Assembly: GCF_964355755.1 (NCBI RefSeq)
Contig: NC_092677.1
Coordinates: 4,176,101 to 4,240,100, forward strand
Source: Antedon mediterranea
Taxonomy: Eukaryota; Animalia; Echinodermata
DNA: 64,000 nt
Reading direction: 5' to 3'
Shown: positions 14,487 through 27,887 of the stretch, in pieces
Position numbering within the stretch: the first letter of the stretch is position 1
Layout of the letters: each line of letters begins with the position of its first letter
Notes under the pieces: model-generated
Told to the model about the DNA's origin: nothing
Seen by the model: the letters and a program-made list of their open reading frames with translations, nothing else
Databases searched by the model: none
Program-made: the position numbers and the translations under genes

Positions 14487-15919
14487 CAACCTTAATAAAG
14501 TTCGAGCATATTGTTTAATTTTGAATCTTTCACTATTTTTAGATTAGAGCTTTATATATTATTTACATTTATATTGAACACAACAAATACATAATTATAA
14601 TTATTAAATAAACAAAAAAAACACAAGTAGTCATTTTTATACAAGCAATAAACGCAGCAAGCACAAGTGATGTATTCTTCATGTTGGATATTGTTTTACT
14701 AAATCTAATTGAGCGTTCACACTCAAATGTATCAAATGTAAAACATGTCATAGTTTGATATCTCTATTTAGTTTCATAAATTGATCATCAAATCTGTACA
14801 AAACGTGATAAATGTGTTTGGCTTCAAATAACTCTATAGATCACTGGCAATAGGGAGTATTTCTGTAATATGTTACTCAGTTTATTTCTTTCAATAAATT
14901 AAAATGTTATGATTTTTTTTACATAATAACTATGTTATTATATATATTATAAGAATAAAAAATTGAAAATTTGATATGAAATGTTATATCATTTTATTTT
15001 TATTTATCATATCAGCTTAAGCGGTAAACACATTAATAATGTACCAGATGAAATTCTAATTATTTGTGAAAAATGTATGTGATTTTTATCTGTAATCGTA
15101 AATTTTAAGAGGTAACTACTTCACAGTACAAATGTGTGTTACTTGATTGATTTTTGTATCTAAGTTTTAACTTCACAATCATTATGATTGGACAAAACAG
15201 AACAATGGCAAACCTCAAAAAGCTAGGATTGATTGCATGCCCGTCCCCCACCCCTTAAATTGAGAACCCCTCCCCATGATACTATTTACTATTTAAGAAA
15301 TCCAGCCTCCCAGACCTCTAATAAAACTACTTGTTGAAAATCTTTGATTTATCTTTGAATAAACTTATCACAAGATGAGTTATATTTAAAAGGATGAAAT
15401 AATTTTAATAAACTTCATATGTTGCGCAATGACATATCAAACAAAGGCTTTCCATAGTACTCTTATAGCTGCAATCTAGATAATTGAATAACATATACGC
15501 AAAAACATATTAACTCATTAGTTAGCGAACAAAAGGCATTTTTTAGTGTTCTAGTGTTATTATTGTTCATTGTGCAAAACTGTAGAGTAATCTTTGATCT
15601 CTTTGAAGACCTGAAAATGGCGCAAGATGCCATATATTAATTGGAAATGAATTAAATGTTCTCAAATGCTATTAAATGTTGCAAACGCTAATGAATTAAC
15701 GAGTACTTAATCCTATTAAAGGATACCAGAATTATAACAACATAATAAAGTCGTATTTATTGGAATATCATAAAAATAGTGACCTTTGACCTTCTTACCT
15801 TTCATGTAATTCTTCAGGAATCATAAAATATAACTTTACTAACCATATTTATTAAAATAAACGGGGCATGTTACAAATATTGCACTAAAAAAATAAACGC
15901 CTCCCCTGAATAATTGGCC

Positions 15920-16013
15920 ATTTATGGACATGATGATGTCATTATTACCATATTTATGCATATCACTACTATATTTGGGCACATCACAATATTTTGATAG
16001 TGAAGACAGAGCT
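15920..16013. mobile_element. MITE family A, truncated copy
   Basis: Internal motif plus right TIR GATAGTGAAGACAGAGCT. Confidence 0.75.
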
Positions 16014-16597
16014 TTACATCTGAGTTAACAGTGCCATAAACTGACCGAACTGAGCCGTCAAATAGAGAAGTCGGTCACTTTTATACTACGTGTTGTATCC
16101 ATTCATTAATGAAATATTAACAAAATTGCTAGATTTAAAAGGATTCAAAGTACAGAACAATGCGTTATTGCAGAATAAATTATCAAATTAATTGCAGTTA
16201 GTTTAATTTCTTTCTAAATACAATAGATTCTCTAGACAAATAGTACATTTGCACTATTTTGTTTGTTTGTTTTTATTTCTTGCTCATATAAAAATAACAG
16301 TGGAACAGAAATATACATCAAAAGTCACAGACTTAAAAAACAACAAAGTCAGAACAAAGAAAAGAAACAGGCAAATTCAGTCCAAAGACAACAAAAAAAC
16401 GAGTAGGAGCAAAGGATAACCCTCTAAACCCGGAGGTTTGTATCCTGAGGGGTCCCAAAAAGAAAAAAACATAGGAAAAATGAACAATCAGATGGCAGGA
16501 AGTGAGAAAAGGCCAAAGTTAGTCAACTTATATCAGTTAAAATAAGATTTGTTTATTTAACACAGATAAAGATGCATCATCATCAATGCATTTAATT

Positions 16598-16660
16598 GAG
16601 GAATTGAACCCAGGTTTTTCTGTGTGATAGTCAATTTTCCTAACCACTCGGCTATACCAC
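16598..16660 (-). mobile_element. tRNA-derived SINE head or tRNA pseudogene
   Basis: Minus strand shows Pol III A box TAGCCGAGTGG and B box GGTTCAATTCC at tRNA-like spacing, but no convincing acceptor stem. Similar decayed heads occur at about 18410-18470 (-) and 23295-23362 (+). Confidence 0.5.
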
Positions 16661-17307
16661 ATCTACGAAATAGAATATTGAAATTCTGTGATGTTGGTAT
16701 CATCCTTCCAGCATTGATGCAATCAAGTAATATAGAGGGCTCACTACCTAAATATTGATTCGTCTATTTAGAACCTCTGCTTTATGAGATCAATTTCATA
16801 TTTATTTTTATTCTATCTGAATGAATATTGTACAATAGTAACTTACTCGGGTTGAATGTTCTCTCATGGATGGTCTCAAGCCTAGCCTGGCTTAGTTGGA
16901 TTGGACCCCATTGGAAATAAGTTTACTTTTTATTTGTCGACTTAATGGGTTATCCTAGTATTCTCTTTAATATGTACATTGTATATTTTAACTATTTTTA
17001 TGAATATCGAATAAAATCAATCAATCAAACACCGATAACGAACGAACATCGTACACTAGCTATTAGGCCTAGCCTGGTGTTGTCTAGTTGCTGCATTAAT
17101 TGTCTTTCATCTTTTGGAAGAATGCAAATTGGGGAAGACCCAGTAGTTCGGTTGATACGATGAAATTGATATATTTTAGCAGACAAAAGATACATGAATA
17201 TAATATACAGTTCCATGAAACATTCAGTCTGCAGATTGAAACAATACACAGACTGAAATAAAGGAAAATGGATCTATTTTCTGCTTACGTTTTCATGATC
17301 AATCGTG

Positions 17308-20009
17308 TCAAACTTTATAGAGGTCAAGGTCATCAAGCTGTGTTTCGTCGTTATCTACGTATTCTATTATTACATCCCCACCGTTGAACAGAGGTTCGTC
17401 TTCATGGAGCAGTTTGGTCAGCTTCGCATCCATCGGGAATGTTGAACCAACAACCGGATGGAAAAGTCGGAGTTTCTTAAAGAAGAAAATAAAGATTTTT
17501 TTTTTAAAGCTCTGTCTACACCTATCAAACTTTATGAGACAATCAAAATGTGATGTGCCCATATATGGACATGATGATGTCGCTACCATATTTAAGCATA
17601 TCACTACCATATTTGGGCACATCACACATAGACAGAGCTTTATACAAGCATATACATAAAAAAAACTTGTAGAGCTTAATTAATGGGACACCTTCAGGAT
17701 CCATAGAAGTATCTTCTAAATAGCTGTTAGTCTTAGTGTTATAAACATATTATTGTCACAGGACAGTGTCCCTTTAGATGTCCCCACCCCAAGAAAAAGG
17801 GGTTGTGTTATTACATATATTGTCCCTTGTTTGTTTCAAAGGACAGTTCCCCTTTATTAGCTGCCCCTCTCCCCAAACAAGAAAAGGGTTGAACTTAGTG
17901 CTAAAACTTATATTGTCCCTTAGTTGTTTCATATGACAATATTCTTTTAATAGAGGTGTTTTCCCAACAGGTTCCATTGAGCATGCAATTTCAGATAATA
18001 GGTATTTTTATTTACCTTACTATCTGCTAGATTGTTTTCGTTCCTTAAGCTTGCCATAGTTGCTATTTTGTCCACAAGGCGACCTACACTCCATTCTTTT
18101 GAAAAATACATTGCTTTGCTCTTCTCTTTACACCGATGTTCAATGGGTAAATATACTTGGAAATATAAACGTTCAGTCTAAGTAAAACAAATGCAATAAA
18201 GAGTATTAATAAGATCAATTAATTAATTAATAGAAGGAAATTTAATAAGATTAATTAATAGAGAGAATTCGCTTATATTTTACAGAGCAAATAAAGAGAT
18301 AATTTAATATTTAAAAAAAATTAAATATAATTTTAACTTTTAGTGCTTCATTTGAGGCTTAGGGAGTAGAGTTGAAAGAGTCGTAAGTTACAACCCTGAT
18401 ACTACTGTAGGTCAGGATTGAACCTTGGACCTTGGGATTAGAAGGCAAACATGTTAACAACCAAGCCACAGCTGCACTACCTGAGGAATAGAAGCATCAC
18501 CAACTGCATGCATCTTCATCTTTATGAGGGCCACCTTAGCAGCGGTCTTCTGTGCCTTGCTGCTCAGCTGTTTCTTTGGTTTGGGTGGCTTTGATTTTAT
18601 CGAGTCTGCAGGAGAATGATAAAAATAAATTTAAAAAATAAACATTTACTGTAAGCCTACTGCAATTAAAGCTGGGTTCCTTTTGTTGACCTTTAGCTTT
18701 TACTGTACCTGTTATTTTTTTCACAAGCTCAGCTGTTTTTTGCATTGGTTCTGGCTTTTCTATCAGCATTGCACAGGAATGATCTTGTTGATGTCGATGT
18801 CTGAAAAACAAAATTGAATTGAAAAATTACTTTGTAAATTGTTACGTAGTGATACAGAACATATCTGCTTGAAATAAAAGAACACTTTTTTTTCTTGAAG
18901 TGCCTTTCTTAGACACCAGCAGTGAAAGTGCTACTAAATATGGAGATGATGGTCACTTTCTGGCCAATCATGCCTGTACACCTTACCGAAGGCAGAAGTT
19001 CTTTCTGCAATGTTCACATATAACTTGTGTGGGTACTTTATCCTTGCACTCAGTTAGTTCACATGGATATGATGAGAAAGTTGATGTTGGAGGTTCTGAT
19101 GATACTCCTCCAGTATCTTGAACATCCTATATGGAAAAACAACTATGTATAAGTGAAAAATGAAATTTTTTTTCAGGATATTAATTATATTTTTATTTCA
19201 TGCAACTTACTTGTATGCATTGGTGCAAGGATTTGCTTCGATGATCTTTACTATAATTAAAAATATTGTTTTCATATAAGTTATAACCATATATGATTGC
19301 TGATGAATAAATATAGAATTATAAAAAAAGTACAAACAAATCTATATATAAACTTGTAGGAATAATATTATTAATTGATACTTTCAGTCACACACAAATA
19401 TGACTAATGTCATGTGTAATAATTATGTTAGTCAACACTAGGGCCAGGCCTATACTTATAACATTATACATTAACATTGTGTTTGTTTCCTATTAACTTT
19501 AGACTTTGAAATTGATCGTAGATTTTATTTTTTTAACATACCAAAAGACTTGACAACAGTCCTCACAGTTGAATGGAAGAAAATCTGAATAGAAAAAAAA
19601 AGGATGTGTGTTTGGAATGTAAAATTGATGTTTATTTTTAATTAATTAATGTTTTAATTAGTCTAGAATTAAGTAAATGATAAATGACCAACACAACCAA
19701 CCACAAACAAAAACAAAAGGGCTAGGCCTGTGTCTTGTTTTGGACTCTCATGGAGCAGCCACTCAATCAATCGGCGAAGAAGCCCTGGTGGTACGGTGCG
19801 GGTAAAACAAGTAGGAGGCGGCCTAACCTAGATCGATCTTACGCCGCGAATACGTTTCATTATTATTTTTAGAGTCGTTATTAATTACGTTCATTTCAGC
19901 TCATGTATTAACAAAGGAAATTTAATTTATTCATGTAACTAACTAATAACTAACCAAGTTGATTGCAATTTGGAAAAGAACAGTGTTCGCCGATTTCAAG
20001 TTCAGCCAT
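17308..20009 (-). CDS. ZFAND1: AN1-type zinc finger protein 1 (two AN1 fingers plus C-terminal ubiquitin-like domain), 274 aa, 8 exons
   Basis: Exons 20009-19955, 19584-19542, 19250-19211, 19126-18987, 18800-18709, 18605-18481, 18177-18016, 17475-17308. All introns are GT-AG with compatible phases (825 nt). Translation: MAELEIGEHCSFPNCNQLDFLPFNCEDCCQVFCKDHRSKSLHQC...CEHCRKNFCLRHRHQQDHSC...KTAAKVALIKMKMHAVGDASIPQTERLYFQVYLP...WSVGRLVD...LFNGGDVIIEY. Confidence 0.95.
17508..17639. mobile_element. MITE family A copy in ZFAND1 last intron
   Basis: TIR and internal motif present; lies about 30 bp from the exon 8 acceptor. Confidence 0.85.
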
Positions 20010-20239
20010 CGCGGTTTCTTCGACAGTATGAAACGGAACCTTCACCGTGCTAAAGTTTTCGTTCTGGCCAATCGGATCGTCGGATTGTTGATTTTTTTTC
20101 ACACAATAGGACTTCAGTGGATACAATTTCTCATCCACCATGATTTCGCAAATTGTATGCTTGACTAGTTTCGATAAACAACCGCGTGCCACACAGTGTT
20201 TGTGAATTACTACTTTACTTTTTGATTCATTATTTCATA
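20010..20239. promoter_or_regulatory. Bidirectional promoter/5' UTR region shared by ZFAND1 and PSMG2
   Basis: Divergent ATGs at 20009 (-) and 20240 (+). Locally CpG-rich, with a CCAAT box near 20068. Confidence 0.8.
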
Positions 20240-23200
20240 ATGTTTATTCCATTAAATTCTAGCGATACAAAGTGGTCAGATTTTACATTAGTCTGTGTAC
20301 GTATTCCTGAATTTACAGTCATATATATGCTTTGCATGTTATTATAATGCAGTTTAAATCTAGGCTAAGTAAAGGCTGTAAAAAATATAAGTGGATAGCC
20401 TGTCTGAGAGCATCTGGATACATAGATCCCAAAAGCAAAGACGATCGGGTCCATTTTAGGGCGCTAGTTCCGTTTCGCACCTGTTTTTATTTCGACTTCC
20501 TTTTGACTCCAAATTGTTAAGCAACTTATTGTGAATACCACACATTAAAATTGGGCCTCATAAGTACTTTTATGAAGAAGAATCACATAAAAAGTAACAA
20601 ATAAATCCTTAAATTGATGATTTTACAGACATGTTTCTCGCATACCGTTCGCCGCGAATTTAGCATACTCGAAGTTCAATATTTTCGTTTCTATGGAGCG
20701 CCAAAAGAGCAACAACAATAGATGGTTAAAACCTCAGTGGAATGCGTCTTCTTTTAATGCATTTATTATTGAAATACACGTTTAATTTTAATATATTTTG
20801 TCAATAAAAATGCTGTAACATTTTACTGCTAATAATTTGCTGTTTTCAAATAGCAACCAACCCTAGGCCTAAGAGTAAGACTAAGACTATAAGAGGAATA
20901 TTATTTAGATCAGGTATACCCCTACAGTACATGTAATATGATGATGAATTTGTCGATTTTCATTCCTAAAAGTTCCTGCAAAAACCATGTACAGTATCAA
21001 CAGTAAAATGTTTGTTACATTGACAAAATTGAACGTAATTTTCACCAATAAATGCATTAAATATACGCAATTTACTGAGTTTTTAGCCCTCTATTATGAT
21101 TGCTCTTTTGGCGCTCCATAGAAACAACAACATTGAACATGGAGTATGCTAAATTCACGAACCGATGTGCGGGAAACACGTCTGTAAATTCATCAATTTA
21201 AAGGATTTATTTTTTACTTTTTGTGTGATCTCCTTCGTAAAAGTATTTTTGAGGCCTAATTCTAAGGTGTGGTACTCACGATAAAGTTACTTAACCAATT
21301 TTGAGTCGAAATAAACGACAGGTGCGAAACGGAACTAGGCCTAGCGCCCATTTTAGGCTAATACAAATTATAAAGCATTTTCTGTACACATTAAAGTATG
21401 GGAAAGTTCATAATAATAATAATTCCTTTAGTAACTTCGAAGTTTAGGTTATATCTCTTATTACAAAATATTCACAATAATATTTGGTTATCCGTACTTG
21501 GCGGATAACCCCTTGTTATTGTCAGGATCTTTTTTTTTTTTTAGATTTAGTTTTGTTATTATAAATTTTAAAAAAAAAACAAATTATTTTTTCAATTTTG
21601 TCTAGCCCTGCATTTCTGTAGGTAATGTTGGGCAGCTAGCAACAGATCTTATCATCTCCACTTTAAAGATGGAGCATGTTGGTTATCTTTCTGATTCCAG
21701 TATGCTACCAATGTGCGGCAATGACCCATTTAATACGTCAGGCCTTGTAGAAGGAAAACTGTGCACAACAGCAGAGGGTAAGATATGGTTTGGAGGTTGA
21801 GGTACACCTTACAATGGATTCAAATCGACTTAAGCTCTGTCTACACTAGTGTGATGTGCCCAAAGATGGTAGTGATATGACATCATCATGTCCATATATG
21901 GGCACATCAAATTTTTTTGTCAGATCAAGTTTGATAGTGTAGACAGAGCTTAAGAATTTAACATGATTCCAGATTTTTAATTACAAAATAAATAAACAAT
22001 ACGGTTTAAGAAATATTGTTGGTATTCAAAACTTAAAACTACATACACATCCATTTGAAAAAATTCCTATCAAAATCTTTTCCTTTATTATTTTTCCTTT
22101 AGTATACCAAAGTGATGAGAAAAAATTACTGGTGGTACAGTTGCGTGCCTTGCTGGTGAAGGTGTGTTAAGCTCTGTCTACACTATCAAACTAATCTGAT
22201 GTGCCCAAATATGGTAGTGATATGACATAATCATGTCCAAATATGGACACATCAATTTTTTTGACAAAAGTTTGATTTGTGTAGAAAGAGCATTATTATT
22301 TATCTTTCATTAAACATTAATGACTTTAAATGACTATTTTTCTGAAATACCATTCATACGTAAACATCGCAGTTGAAAAAAATATTTTCACCTCGGAATA
22401 GGCGAATGCAGAAGGGGAGAAGGGAGATACCAGTTTCCACCCAACTAATCTAAAAAATATATAATGTACTGCTTTATGATTTGAATAAGCTGTATGTTTT
22501 TATCTTTATTAGGGTAAACACAGCCAGTTCAGAAAGAAGTTACTTGACTGGATCAAACGGAGTAACTTTAGTCGAGTGATTCTTCTAACAAGCAGTTTCG
22601 CATATGAAAGAATAGATTCACAAATCACAGGGTATATCTGAGCTACTTATTAAATTTGTCATGATACCTCTGGTATAATCCGACCCCCTAGAACACAAAA
22701 TTGGGCCGACTGTGAAGGTGGGACTATACCTGGTTTAGGGAAGAAATTGATTGGTAAGCATTTCTTGTAAAAACCTTATTTGAACTGGCTAGATATAAGC
22801 CTACATCCAGATCAAAAGTCAATACTAGGACTATACCTGGGGATACTGTGAAATCAGACATAAAGTAGAGGGTGGGATTAGACTCTAGTGGGATTATACC
22901 TGAGGATATACGTTATTACTACAATAAAGAGGAAGATACATCAATCGTCATCAAAAAAATGTTCATTCATGTTGAAACCCCACTATCTACACACAATAAT
23001 ATCCCTACTTTTATTCTACTCACAGATCACCTCTGCGATATCTTACAACACCAATGCTAGAAAAACATCCAAATTCACCAACAAAATGCGGCTTGGGGCA
23101 TTGGAAACAACTTGAGAGGCGGGATTTTGTGTGGTCACCAGAACCAGAAGGGACATCAATACCTGAAGCTGCCAAAGGTGTTTACATACCAGGTGGAGGT

Positions 23201-24288
23201 ATTGCTAAAAGGTTCTTTGAAGACTGGTATGGTTGAAGATATTTTATTTATTTATAAAAACGAAAAAGAGATCAAAATGTCGCCATCGGCGTAAGCTCTG
23301 TGGTCTGGAGGTATATGAACGCCAGGCTAGTGATCTGGAAGTCATGGGTTTTGAGTCCGACCCAAAAATGACTTGCAAAGTGTTCTCAAAATATATAGAG
23401 TATAAAAAGTAATTTACGTCCGAGTTGGGCAAAGCATCTGAACAATTAGAATCGATGCTAATAAATTATGATTTTTAACATTTCTATTCTATTTGAACTA
23501 GTTGCCGGGAAGATATTGCACTCGCTATTCTACTGAATTTCTGCTCCGAGGGTGATAATATTCCGCACGCCCTCCAGCTAGCAAACTACTTGAATGAGTG
23601 GCTCAAAGTCACAGAGAAATCGGTATGTATATAGGTACATTAAAACAAGAGCATTAAAACTCCTTCATACTGAAAATGATTTGTAGTGGAGTAGTAGCTT
23701 GCAATCCCAGGGATTGATTCTGACCTAATGACGCCCTAAGCCTCAAATAATTAATCATGTGTACATTATCTAGTTCTAGTTATTGCATGACCTAGATGAT
23801 TGTAGGGGCGTGTCAGATGAGATGCAGTAGTAGTACTCATCATGATATGATACACAGGCATAAGCTATATCTCCCAGCAGTGCCTATCTCTTCTCCAAAA
23901 TGTGAATAATAAATTACACAAAACATTCGGGTGCACTTTAAAGAACCTATTACATTTTTCAAGATGAGTAGGGGTGGGGGTGGGGGAGATACCCCGGTGT
24001 ACAAGTTCACACACAGCGACTGTCATGGACAGAAGAGAGTGCACCTTAGTTTGGCACTGATGTGACACTTAGGGTAGAAGTATATAGTTGAAAAGTAACA
24101 CCCCAGTTCACTGTGCCATGAGCAATGATCCATTCATTTGAATAGCAAAAACTCTTATAATACATAACATGTATAAGCTGGTTCAGTTATATTTATTTCT
24201 ACAGAAACAGGCATCAGGGTGTTCTTTCAAGATACCAAGCTCATGGACATTGCTATTTGGAAATGCTGTCAATCCGGAACTATATTGA
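20240..24288 (+). CDS. PSMG2: Proteasome assembly chaperone 2 (PAC2), 270 aa, 7 exons
   Basis: Exons 20240-20296, 21606-21777, 22103-22161, 22513-22631, 23026-23226, 23502-23622, 24205-24288. GT-AG introns, phases consistent (813 nt). Translation: MFIP...FTLVCPCISVGNVGQLATDLIISTL...IPGGGIAKRFF...FCSEGDNIPHALQLANYLNEWL...FKIPSSWTLLFG. Confidence 0.95.
20461..21347. mobile_element. Foldback/Mutator-like element with about 350-370 bp diverged inverted arms, in PSMG2 intron 1
   Basis: About 20461-20830 is the reverse complement of about 21001-21347 (GCGCTAGTTCCGTTTCGCACCTG.. / ..CAGGTGCGAAACGGAACTAG). Flanking direct repeat CCATTTTAGG at 20451-20460 and 21348-21357; the TSD could be read as 6, 8 or 10 bp. 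Confidence 0.85.
21833..21950. mobile_element. MITE family A copy (PSMG2 intron 2)
   Basis: Both TIRs present. Confidence 0.85.
22170..22292. mobile_element. MITE family A copy (PSMG2 intron 3)
   Basis: Both TIRs with TTA flanks; begins 8 nt after the splice donor. Confidence 0.85.
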
Positions 24289-24574
24289 ACTATCCCCCTC
24301 TAAACACAATTAGTGAATAATAAGATTGGAAAGTCTGACATTTCGGATGACGAATTTCTAAAAAATCCAAATATGGATTGCTATAAAAACAAAAAGGTGG
24401 GCAGCAGTGGACCCAAACAAAACACAATAAACATGTTTTGTTACTTTGTGCCTTCCATACCTACAGTTATGGTGTACAACGAGTGCCATAATTGGTCAGC
24501 AATTATAAATTTACACAAAGGTGTACATTAATTGGTTGGTATATTTAATGTACTACCATTATTATATTTTTTAA

Positions 24575-25334
24575 CGCTGTGGCTAAAGATACGGTACCGT
24601 ATTCTAACTTCTGTTTACTAAAGGTACGGTAAAATTGCATTACGTCATAATCAGCCAATGGGGTGCTGGTACGTGTGTGACGTCATCGTATAAGGACTTT
24701 TGATTTTTTTTTCATATCGCGTCTGTTGTATGTAGAGAATTCCTGTCGGCGGCGCCAGGCTGCATGGATGTGTGTGCGCTGATGAGGGTTTTATTTTTAT
24801 TCCAAATGGCCTTTATAGGCCTATATTTTTTAAAACTTTGTTTACAATGGTGACCATAAACAACAAGCAAATGCGGACAATAAAGGGGCCCTCAAATACT
24901 ATGATTTTTAGACAGTAGCCCCAGGTCTGAGTCACAGAAATCAGCGCACACATGCAGCTGGCATCGCTTTCCCTACACAAACAAACTCATATAATGAGGT
25001 TATAGTACGTAGTAAGTACTAGGCCTAGGCCTCTTTTGAAACGGTTTTCTGTATTCTAGAATTAAAATCAACATGTTTTGGCTTTTCAATAATAATAACA
25101 GACGTAGGCTACATTTAGTTTTTGTCACACACGACGGCGATAATAGCGATAAATGAAACATAAAGAAAATGCGGTTGATCACTGTTTTCGCGATATGAAA
25201 AAAATCCCCAAGTCCTTATACGATGACGTCACACACGTACCAGCACCTCATTGGCTGGTTATGACGTAATGCAATTTTACCGTACCTTTAGTAAACAGAA
25301 GTTAGAATACGGTACCGTATCTTTAGCCACGGCG
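24575..25334. mobile_element. Young non-autonomous Mutator-like (MULE) element, about 147-bp TIRs, 9-bp TSD
   Basis: 24575-24721 and 25189-25334 are near-perfect inverted repeats. ATTTTTTAA is duplicated at 24566-24574 and 25335-25343. Confidence 0.9.
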
Positions 25335-27887
25335 ATTTTTTAATAACTTGCTATCTATTGAATATACGGTAATAATACCAGTTGAAATATGGGTTTAACT
25401 ACAGAAGATTATTATTAAGTACTTGGTTAGTTAACATCAAGTAATGAGATACTAAAATTAAGCCAAGATGGTAGCAGTAACAAGTTACTGGTACCACACA
25501 TGCTCTTAAAACCTTACCAAATACACAAGCTAATTAGCTAGTTAACAATTATAAATTTAATTAAACAACAGTAAAGTAACAAGATAATTCTTTATTTAAT
25601 AATAAAAGCATAGCACAGATTATTTCGACCCCTACCATAAACGTTCGTGTAACACTACAACAACTAGCAATTTGATGATGAAAAATATTATAAATTATCT
25701 TTCAAACTAATATCTTACAAATATTGTTTTCATTTAACACCAATATATGGTATAAATCTATTGCCATCAATGTGATGGAGTACATAGTCAATGGACCCCA
25801 CTATACTGCCATACTATGTTTTGTCAAGCCTGTAGACAAGGGGATTGAGAGTTCAAACAAACCCTCATTTTTGCTGCCGTGCCCTTAACAAACAGTCAGT
25901 GGACGTGATGTTAAGTAGGCCTAGCTTATGGATGATTTTTGCCCCATTTGTGAGAAAGAGAAGCCTCCAATACAAATCCTTGATTCTAAAATTTACTGCA
26001 TAATTGACAAGGTAATAACAAAAATGGCAATGACTGGTAAAAATACATGTACAATGTACAGTGCGATACTATTAGACAGTGCTATGACCAAAGGGGTGGG
26101 GTTGTTTTAACGAGTAGATGCTATTCTCTATTTATGTCACTATCAAGGCCGTAGCGAGAGGTTAAAAACAGAAGAGGCAAAGATGCTTTAAATATAATTA
26201 TTAATATAAAATATGACGATCTGTGTGCTGGAGAATTGAGGTGGAATGGCAAGCGCCTTGTCTGTCTCATGCTGGCTACGGCCCTGAATGTGTATTTATT
26301 GCTATACTTTAATTTAATTTTTTATGGGTTCAAATTAATCATAAAAAATAAATAATCTGTTTCATATCTGCGATTTCCAAATTAAATTCACAACAACAGT
26401 ACTTATACTACTACTGTAGTTGAATATTAATAATTACATAAAGAAATGTAAGGTAATTTGAGTACAATATTTTCTTTGATCTTAGACAGTAGAGTATTAT
26501 TGTATTATCAAATGATTGAGAAGAAATACAGGTCACTCTATTCAGGACACATCCATATTATAAGGACAACCCTAAAGGGGAAATCCCTTTTAATATGACC
26601 CTATTAAAGGGGTCCTGAAGATGTCCCCTAAATATTTCTACTAGTTTCTTCTGTATTATTTTATTGGACGGTTTTATTGTATAATATAATAAAGCCATAT
26701 GTAGAATTATTATACATTTACAAGAACATATCTTCAGATATTAATAAAATAAATGTGTGCACATGCTAAATATTTGTGATGTATAATATTATCCGTACAA
26801 CAATACATTTATATCAAATGCTAAAAAGGATAGCTTAGTATAAGTTTTTTCAATTTAAGACCTGTTTGGGGTTAGGTTTCTTGTGACCTTTGAATTTTAA
26901 CTGCAAGTAATAATAAAGGGTCAAGTTTAAATGAAATAATAATTTTTTCCCCTGATGCAATGCAGTATAATAAAGCCTACACACTATAAGACTTTTACCT
27001 AGAAATTTATCATAATTAAATTGAGTCTCATTCTCATTCAAAGTTACTTTACTGCACAAAAAACTGGAATGAATAAATTTTAAAAATCTCACTTTTATTT
27101 TTGTTGGCCTTACAATATCAATAATTCACAATTATATTTATTATTCTATGTAATTCACAAGCTTAAAAACATCAAAATCTCTATACAACTATTTAATTAA
27201 TTTGTGGCCTAAAACATTGTTTGTAGAGTATAAGTTAGTTGATCTCTGTCAAGGGAAAAAACAGAATGTTGAAATCAACAATTCTAGTAGATTAATGTTT
27301 AAAAATCGGGGGCAACTCTCCGAGATATTGACACACTTGGGTCAACAACCCATGCATTAGATAATAAAGTATTTTGTTTTTGTGTGTATTTAAGCACAGT
27401 GCAGTACAAACAAACATACAGTAGTCTAATATTTATAAATACTTGAATTAAAAAAATTCTTTTTCAATAATTACAACTGAAAAAACCAGAAATACTAAAC
27501 AGTACACAACATATGGTTGAATTTAATAATTAGTAAATGAAAATTAAATAACATGTAAATAATTATTAGCATTAATATTCTAGCAAATTTTTGTCAATAA
27601 TATAATACCTCAATATGTTTCAATCAATATGATGAAACATAATTTATATAGAAAAAAAATGATATTTTTTAATTAGACCTCTTCATAATTATAATTTACA
27701 TGAGGTAATAGCACAGTTTTTACAATCATAATTAATTAACAAATAATGTTAATTAATATACAACTTTTTAATCTGTATTAACATAAATACAAGTTGTTTT
27801 TATATCAAACACAATGTATTAAAATTAATATCCTTGAAAAAAAAGTGGATTAATTTTACAGATTATAATATTGTTAACAGAGTACAT

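Noticed and set aside
16598-16660. Functional tRNA gene
   Set aside because: A and B boxes are present but the acceptor and anticodon stems do not pair convincingly; treated as a SINE head or pseudogene.
19950-20192. 80-aa ORF suggesting an N-terminally extended ZFAND1
   Set aside because: The extension runs through the shared promoter from a non-ATG start; family similarity begins at MAELEIG (20009).
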